Of a DNA stretch of 64,000 nt, positions 58,230 to 64,000 are shown piece by piece. This stretch comes from a virus. Every line of letters starts with the position of its first letter. Positions within the stretch are counted from its first letter, which is position 1. The notes beneath the pieces are model-generated. The model ran no database searches and was not told the origin of the DNA. It was given only the letters and a program-made list of their open reading frames with translations. Both the position numbers and the translations under genes were made by a program. The DNA is taken from the IMG/VR virus record IMGVR_UViG_3300028920_000068, positions 6,427 to 70,426 of that record. One strand, given 5' to 3'.

Positions 58230-58529
58230 TTATTCACTTGGTTGATCTCCCGAAACGTCGTAAGTCCCGTCCGGGTAAACCCAATGTTTATTCACAACCC
58301 CGTTTTTATCTTTCGTTCCAACACAATATCTATGAATATATTGCCGTTTAATTGTTCCCTTAGAAGAAACTCTCATTCTTTTCCGAGCAAAATAAATAGG
58401 TTGCTCATCCGCATATACCGTCCACTCATGTCCATCTTTCAAACAAAATTGAAAAGGTCTTTCAATAAAGCCTAATTTCTCCAACGGAAAAGCAATACCA
58501 TTCTTTTTTAAATAAATTGGATCATTCAC
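58230..58529 (-). CDS. Hypothetical protein
   Basis: SD GAGGAGG. Confidence 0.55.
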   Translation of the reverse strand: MNDPIYLKKNGIAFPLEKLGFIERPFQFCLKDGHEWTVYADEQPIYFARKRMRVSSKGTIKRQYIHRYCVGTKDKNGVVNKHWVYPDGTYDVSGDQPSE

Positions 58530-58716
58530 TGTTTCCTCCTCGGACTAAATATTCGTTCAATTTACGAAGCTCTTTCTCTCCTTCCAGCAAAGCTCCCCGG
58601 GCCCGAGACAATAAAATCAAACCCTCTCGATCCTTGCTGATAATCTTCAGCAAATAATCATTAGTCTGCTTTTGCTTTTGGAGATACCGAGCTACTCTCG
58701 CCTGAGTCAATTTCAT
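58522..58716 (-). CDS. Hypothetical protein
   Basis: SD AGGAGG. Confidence 0.5.
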   Translation of the reverse strand: MKLTQARVARYLQKQKQTNDYLLKIISKDREGLILLSRARGALLEGEKELRKLNEYLVRGGNSE

Positions 58717-58924
58717 GGGTCAACCTCCTATCCGAAGCCATCAGCTTTCCGAATTCATTTAAGACTTCAATGGCGTTCTCGATCAACTCCGACTTCGAAA
58801 TATATTCTTCAATTATTCCATCTTTAGTCGTCATGGACTCTCCTTCAAGACGAAATAATTTTTCCTGAAAGAGTCCATAAGCCAATTGTTGATATTCTTC
58901 AGCTAATGTATATTTTTTTCCCAT
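58661..58924 (-). CDS. Hypothetical protein, first gene of the late arm
   Basis: SD GGAG just downstream of the late promoter motif. Confidence 0.5.
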   Translation of the reverse strand: MGKKYTLAEEYQQLAYGLFQEKLFRLEGESMTTKDGIIEEYISKSELIENAIEVLNEFGKLMASDRRLTHEIDSGESSSVSPKAKAD

Positions 58925-58945
58925 ATCACACTCCGTCTATTACAC

Positions 58946-58980
58946 TATTAAATACAATTTTGCTTAAAAAGAAAATGTTT
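58946..58980 (-). promoter_or_regulatory. Putative phage late promoter heading the virion arm
   Basis: AAACAT-N14-AAATTGTATTTAATA. Confidence 0.7.
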
Positions 58981-59393
58981 ATTTTTACCGTATTTCTAAT
59001 CACTATTAGGCTAATTCTTATCGTGAGCTACGCTCACGCCGGAATTATTCTTTATAAAATGGGGTTTAACCTCGTCCGGCAAGCCGTACTCGCCCCATTA
59101 TATATTAATATTATTATTATGTTATATAATTTTTACCTTAATTTAGGGTTTTATTGGTTTTTCCGGCCCTACCCCCACCAAGACAGAGATCGGCCCACAG
59201 GGAGCCTCTCAGCCAAACTGAGGGGTATCTGAAGATCTCCAGAGATACCCTAAATTTCAAAAATTACAATCTCTCCAGAAATCAAAAAATTTCCCAGAAA
59301 ATTTACCTATTTTAGTTCGATAGATTCGATAAAAAGGTCATATATTACTTTTCCTCACATAATATTACCGAACCATAAATAAGGTTCGATAAA

Positions 59394-59435
59394 TTTACCA
59401 TACAAAAATCATTATAATACCACTTGTATGGTAAA
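59394..59435. repeat. Perfect 12-bp inverted repeat
   Basis: TTTACCATACAA-18 nt-TTGTATGGTAAA. Confidence 0.8.
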
Positions 59436-59547
59436 ACTGTTCGCACCAAGGCAAGTAATCAATAGAAAGATCTTTCTGGAGACTTTAGAGGCTTAGAGAC
59501 TGACTGGCTGGCCTAGCCTGCGCTTTGGGGCTCCGGCTCCGGCCCAC

Positions 59548-59587
59548 TTGTACGGAAACATACAATCCTTTGTATGGAAAAGTACAA
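59548..59587. promoter_or_regulatory. Tandem operator-like palindromes TTGTA-N8-TACAA
   Basis: 59548-59565 and 59570-59587, 22 bp apart. Confidence 0.55.
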
Positions 59588-59761
59588 TTCTCAATCTTTT
59601 GGGAGGTCAATTTTATTGTGCGTGTCAACAAGTGCTTGGGTAGACAGTCTTAAATAATAAGTCTTATACTTCTTTTATTATGAAATAGATACAGATATAT
59701 TTATTATCTCTTTTCTTATAATGATATATATAATAAATTACAGAGGTTTCTTCCGGTATAC

Positions 59762-59855
59762 TACTGTAATATACTGTAATTTACTGTAAGCAAGCATAAG
59801 CAGATAATGGTAATATACTGTAGATTTACTGTAATCTACTGTAGTTTACTGTAAT
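59762..59855 (+). repeat. Seven TACTGTA(A/G) iteron-like repeats
   Basis: Starts at 59762, 59772, 59782, 59816, 59827, 59837, 59847. Confidence 0.85.
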
Positions 59856-59984
59856 TATCTGATTATATTATATAAGAGATAATAATATTATAGAGGGATG
59901 ATTGGGGCCGGGATCAAAAAAAATTTTTTTAAGCCATTTCTCGACGGGAGCGGAAACTTTTTTTAAAAAAATTCGCTGGAGGTC

Positions 59985-60013
59985 TTGACAGCCGCCGGGC
60001 TGGATGCTATGCT
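59985..60013 (+). promoter_or_regulatory. Early sigma70-type promoter
   Basis: TTGACA-17 nt-TATGCT with TG; A/T tracts upstream. Confidence 0.7.
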
Positions 60014-60183
60014 TGAACCAGAAAGGCGGGCCGAAACATGAAAAACAAAGTCACATTGCGGGAAGCGGAACGGATCAGCCGGGCGTTTAATCATAACTTA
60101 TATTGGATCAATGCAATGGTCAAGCTTGGAATGATCCAGCCAAGTGAGGCCGGATATATAATCATTAAAGATCGGATATAATT

Positions 60184-60378
60184 ATGCTATCGAATATTAT
60201 CAGATATATGTTAGAAATAATTAATTTTGCCGGGCGGGTTATGGTTTGGCTATTCGGGGCTGTTTGTGAGTCTATTATGTTTGTGGCCTTGTTTGTCTGC
60301 GGGGCTTTGGGTTTCGGAGTATTTATATTATTCATGTTGTTTATGCTGGCGGCTTGCGTCGTAGCTATATTATTATAA
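60184..60378 (+). CDS. Small hydrophobic membrane protein
   Basis: Almost entirely hydrophobic 64 aa. Confidence 0.45.
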   Translation: MLSNIIRYMLEIINFAGRVMVWLFGAVCESIMFVALFVCGALGFGVFILFMLFMLAACVVAILL

Positions 60379-60400
60379 TCCAGTAAAAGGAGGTAATTCA

Positions 60401-60565
60401 ATGATTACAATTATTATTAATGAAACAGGCAAGTATCCGATTTATTATGTAGTAAATCAGATCAGCGGGAAATGTTACGGATCATATCTGAACCGGGAAA
60501 CGGCGGAGGATCGAGCGGAAGCTTTAAACGCTGGCGTTACGTTAAATAATCTTATTAATGCTTAA
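60401..60565 (+). CDS. Small hypothetical early protein (54 aa)
   Basis: SD AGGAGGT, MITIIINETGKYPIYY... Confidence 0.55.
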   Translation: MITIIINETGKYPIYYVVNQISGKCYGSYLNRETAEDRAEALNAGVTLNNLINA

Positions 60566-61059
60566 TCAGTAACCGGAGTATTAAGCAATTACAGGAATCC
60601 GGGGAGTATTAACCACAGTATTTTCAAGGGGTTATGAGAAAAAGCCGGATAATTCCCGGGAAATTACAGTCTGCCGGGGCCAGTAACGGGGCATTATTAT
60701 ATATACATATAAGCTTTCCCGGTATAAATTACCCTATTACCTATCCTATTACTGGTAATGATAACGGATAAACTATACTTTTATTACCGGGAAACTATAT
60801 TACTCGGATCAGGAAATAATACTGTTTTTATCCAGTAAAGGCCCGGAGTCTGTAAGGGTTACGCTTGCCGAAATTCCGGGATCAATGGGATCACTATGCG
60901 CTCAATTATTCATAACAAACGGGATTTTAAAATATCCAGTATTTTTAATAAGAATTACCGGGATTTATGGCGGGAATTGCCGGGCTTTTTATCTAGTTTA
61001 TTCCGGGGCCTTGCTCAATTATAAGCCGCCGGATTTTTCAAAAATTTTTGGGCCGGGGC

Positions 61060-61088
61060 TTGACAAACAGGGCCCGGCATGTTATACT
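61060..61088 (+). promoter_or_regulatory. Early sigma70-type promoter of ardC
   Basis: TTGACA-17 nt-TATACT with TG. Confidence 0.8.
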
Positions 61089-61150
61089 TTCAGCAGGTCG
61101 GCAAGGGGCCGATCAAACATTAAACGGGTAAATGCGGGAGGGTTTAAAAA

Positions 61151-62080
61151 ATGAAAAACTCGGATATTTATCAAACTATTACGGACAGGATTATTCAAGG
61201 ATTACAAAAGGGGCGTATTCCGTGGCGGAAGACTTGGAAAGCCGCAACAGGTATGCCAAAGAATTTTATTAACAAAAGACCTTATAGGGGCGCAAACATT
61301 TTAGTACTTTGGTTTCACATGATGGCCTATGGATTCAGCCAGCCTTATTATTTAACATTTAAACAAGTAAATAAATTAGGCGGCAAGGTTAAAAAAGGCT
61401 CTAAGTCGGAATTGGTGATATACTGGCAATGGCTAGAGCGGGAAACCGGGGAGCGCAAAAAAGACGGATCAGCAAAGGTCAAACGAATTCCATTGTTAAG
61501 ATATTATCGAGTATTTAATATTGAACAAACAGAAGGTATCGAATACGAAAAGCCAGAAGATAAACAGATGCCGGAATTTAAGCAGATCGAAGCGGCGGAA
61601 AATTTTGTCAAAAATTATCAGGACAGGCCGCCTATTCAGCACGGCGGAGGCCGGGCTTGTTATAGTCCGACAGATGATAAAATTCAGATGCCGAAACCGG
61701 AAACTTTTGAATCTGAACCCGCCTATTATGGCACGTTATTTCACGAATTAACGCATAGTACGGGCCACAAGTACAGACTCAATCGGGATGATGGGATGGC
61801 GGGATTTTTCGGGGATGAAAATTACAGCCGGGAAGAATTAACCGCAGAAATCGGCACGGCTTTTATATGCGCCTTAACCGGGATCAGTAACGAAAAACTT
61901 GAAGAAAATCAGCAGGCATATATAAATAACTGGATTAGTAAATTAGAATCTGATCCAAAAATGGTTATACTTGCCAGTGCCCGGGCGCAAAAGGCCGTTG
62001 ATTATATGCGAGGGATTACACACGATCAGAAAACCGCCGAAGAGTCCGAAGAGCGGGACACCGCCGGGGCTTCAGCGTAA
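61151..62080 (+). CDS. ardC: ArdC-family antirestriction protein (ssDNA-binding domain + zincin metalloprotease)
   Basis: IYQTITDRII..L..G..PWRKTW, YRGAN, YLTFKQ...GG.VKKG, VFNIEQ, ACYSP..D.I.MP, FHELTH, YSREEL.AE. Confidence 0.92.
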   Translation: MKNSDIYQTITDRIIQGLQKGRIPWRKTWKAATGMPKNFINKRPYRGANILVLWFHMMAYGFSQPYYLTFKQVNKLGGKVKKGSKSELVIYWQWLERETGERKKDGSAKVKRIPLLRYYRVFNIEQTEGIEYEKPEDKQMPEFKQIEAAENFVKNYQDRPPIQHGGGRACYSPTDDKIQMPKPETFESEPAYYGTLFHELTHSTGHKYRLNRDDGMAGFFGDENYSREELTAEIGTAFICALTGISNEKLEENQQAYINNWISKLESDPKMVILASARAQKAVDYMRGITHDQKTAEESEERDTAGASA

Positions 62081-62090
62081 ACCCAACCGC

Positions 62091-62116
62091 CGGGGCCGGG
62101 AGCAATTCCGGCCCCG
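62091..62116 (+). terminator. GC-rich hairpin with GCAA tetraloop after ardC (weak U tract)
   Basis: CGGGGCCGGGA-GCAA-TTCCGGCCCCG. Confidence 0.55.
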
Positions 62117-62150
62117 TACCCGTATATTATTAAAATAAAGAGGTGAAATT

Positions 62151-62561
62151 ATGTTACAAACAAAAAAGGCAGAATGGTTTTTTGAATTTGGACAAGAGTT
62201 AAAACAGGCGGGCTTTCGGGTTTTTTCAAGTCCGGGCAGTAATTATGGATATTTTGTAAAAGATAATAAAATCGGATATTTTGAAGCTTCTGATTTTGGC
62301 TGGAATTTTTCGACAGTGCATAAGCCATGCCGGGAATATGGCACGGGCTTTTCAATTCACCGGGAAAGGCCGGAGGCGACGGTTAAAATGGCTGAGGATT
62401 GTTTAATTGTTGCGCCGGGATGGGCGCATGTTGGCGGCGGGCGTAGATGTTCGGCTTGCGGAAGTATTACACACCGAAATAATCAAGTAATTAAATATAA
62501 ATCATGGGAGGATTATATTTCTGATCCTAGAAATCAATGGCGGGAATATTTAGAAATTTAA
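62151..62561 (+). CDS. Hypothetical early protein
   Basis: SD GAGGTG; STVHKPCREYGTGF motif. Confidence 0.6.
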   Translation: MLQTKKAEWFFEFGQELKQAGFRVFSSPGSNYGYFVKDNKIGYFEASDFGWNFSTVHKPCREYGTGFSIHRERPEATVKMAEDCLIVAPGWAHVGGGRRCSACGSITHRNNQVIKYKSWEDYISDPRNQWREYLEI

Positions 62562-62582
62562 TTCATAAAAAAGGGGTAAATT

Positions 62583-62999
62583 ATGAAAATTATTTATATG
62601 TGTAATTGTTGCGGAAAAGAAAACATCAACCCTAAAAAAATGCTACAAATTACATACAATAAAAGAATAATTCATAAGTGCGAAGAGTGCCAGAAAATCC
62701 GGGGCCCATTTTACCCGGTCGAAAAGTTTGATGCTATAAATAAATATGATGTTATTATTCAGGGCCCGGACAAAGCGGATTTATACACAGACTTAAAAAA
62801 TGCCGGGTGTAAAATTGATAATCACGAATCAGACTTATATGTTAAAGCAACGGCAATAAGTTTTGAAATTATCAAAACACATGGTTTAAAATTTGACGGG
62901 ATACAGGCCGGGCAATTCTGGCATCAGGAAACAAAACAACGCTGGTTTGAAATCCCGTTTGCCTTTGCGCCTTATTGGAATAAAAAACTTAAAAAATAA
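62583..62999 (+). CDS. Hypothetical early protein (CxxC pairs; IDNHESDLYVK motif)
   Basis: SD AAGGGG. Confidence 0.6.
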   Translation: MKIIYMCNCCGKENINPKKMLQITYNKRIIHKCEECQKIRGPFYPVEKFDAINKYDVIIQGPDKADLYTDLKNAGCKIDNHESDLYVKATAISFEIIKTHGLKFDGIQAGQFWHQETKQRWFEIPFAFAPYWNKKLKK

Positions 63000-63022
63000 T
63001 TTAATAAATAAAGGAATAAATT

Positions 63023-63727
63023 ATGTATATTCAAAATTTAATACTTGAAGTTACCCGGAAGTGTAATTTTTCATGCGCTCATTGTTTGCGGGGTAATGCT
63101 CAAAATAAAAATATTGATTTTGCCGTGATTGATGCGTTATTTAATAATAATATTGATTATATTGGCATGATTACATTTTCAGGTGGGGAGCCATCATTAT
63201 ACCCGGAGGCCATTAATTATTTTATAGATCAATGCCAGAGCCGGGGCGTGGAGGTCGGCGATTTTTATATAGCCACGAATGGCGGCAAGTCCAGCGGGAG
63301 TTTAGAATTTTTAACAGCAGTAATGCGCCTATATTGTTTTTGTTCTAATAATGAAATGTCGCAAGTTGAAATATCAAAGAGCGATTACCATGCTGGACAG
63401 CAAGACGAAGAAGCAAAAAAGCGGCTTCAATGCTTGCGTTTTGCTGGAGAAAGACAGCATTTAGATTATCGTTATTTAATACATGAGGGCCGGGCTAAAG
63501 TATTGAACGAATTAAACGGCACGATAGACGAGGCCCGGAGGATCGAACCCGAAAAACAATTACGCCGGGATGAAGATGAGAATATTTTGACGGATGAATT
63601 ATATATTAATTGCAAAGGGGATATTTGTTTATCTTGTGATTTGTCTTATAAAAGGCAAGATAAAAACAAGATCGGAAATATTTTGACTGATCGGTTAGAG
63701 GATTTAGCAGTTGTAACAGTTGAGTAA
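63023..63727 (+). CDS. Radical SAM protein
   Basis: EVTRKCNFSCAHC (CxxxCxxC), TFSGGEP, ATNG; C-terminal YINCKGDICLSC twitch-like region. Confidence 0.9.
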   Translation: MYIQNLILEVTRKCNFSCAHCLRGNAQNKNIDFAVIDALFNNNIDYIGMITFSGGEPSLYPEAINYFIDQCQSRGVEVGDFYIATNGGKSSGSLEFLTAVMRLYCFCSNNEMSQVEISKSDYHAGQQDEEAKKRLQCLRFAGERQHLDYRYLIHEGRAKVLNELNGTIDEARRIEPEKQLRRDEDENILTDELYINCKGDICLSCDLSYKRQDKNKIGNILTDRLEDLAVVTVE

Positions 63728-63753
63728 TGGCGGAAAATTTTTTAGGGTTAGGC

Positions 63754-63782
63754 TTGACAAACGGTGGATGATGTGTTATACT
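63754..63782 (+). promoter_or_regulatory. Early sigma70-type promoter
   Basis: TTGACA-17 nt-TATACT with TG. Confidence 0.8.
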
Positions 63783-64000
63783 TGAAGGACAAACGGGAGG
63801 GGGAAAATGAAAATTCAAAATCCTATTAGATCAAGAATTGATTCAATTTTAAAATTAACAAATTTATCTTCAAATGTAGAGATCGAACATATTGCTGAGG
63901 CAATACAATATAGACCTTTGAAATAATTAATAAATTTTAATAGGAGAAAATAAAATGAAAAAATTAGAATTAATAAGATATTCTACAATGAATAGTTGGA

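Noticed and set aside
58906-59232. 108-aa + strand hydrophobic ORF
   Set aside because: Overlaps the late promoter on the opposite strand, has no SD, and its hydrophobicity reflects T-rich non-coding DNA.
59762-59855. Short repeats as a CRISPR or mini-array
   Set aside because: Units are 8-10 bp with no unique 25-45-bp spacers, and there are no cas genes.
60885-61154. 89-aa ORF before ardC
   Set aside because: Spans the ardC promoter and the palindrome-rich leader; no convincing SD.
1-64000. Alternative genetic code, DGR, introns/inteins, integrase
   Set aside because: Genes are intact and densely packed under code 11, the tRNAs are not suppressors, and I recognised no reverse transcriptase, intein, homing endonuclease or recombinase motifs.

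Overview
A 64-kb segment of an AT-rich tailed dsDNA phage genome (HK97-fold capsid, probably siphovirus-like). I see no integrase, CRISPR array or host housekeeping genes. It has three parts. (1) A + strand arm (1-29.8 kb) with nucleotide-metabolism, repair/recombination and replication genes: kinase, two nucleoside deoxyribosyltransferase/dNMP-hydrolase-fold proteins, dATP/dGTP diphosphohydrolase, SbcCD, RuvC-like, Ogg, RNase HI, DeoC, primase-helicase, a heptose-7-phosphate kinase and two tRNAs. Unusually, terminase and portal are also here. (2) A - strand virion arm (30-58.9 kb) in which a glycan-tailoring cassette (double GT9 heptosyltransferase, two methyltransferases, sulfotransferase, nucleotidyltransferase, GT4) sits directly behind the major capsid gene. 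(3) After a repeat-rich non-coding divergence zone (59-60 kb), a + strand early region with ArdC and a radical SAM enzyme that is strikingly dense in oriented CCGG(G/A) sites. The best candidate novel systems are phage-encoded NDP-heptose supply plus virion heptosylation, a split two-gene sigma factor with a conserved late-promoter motif, the CCGG-saturated leading region, and a dNTP-to-deoxyribose catabolic route hinting at a modified base. All calls come from motif recognition by eye; no searches were run.
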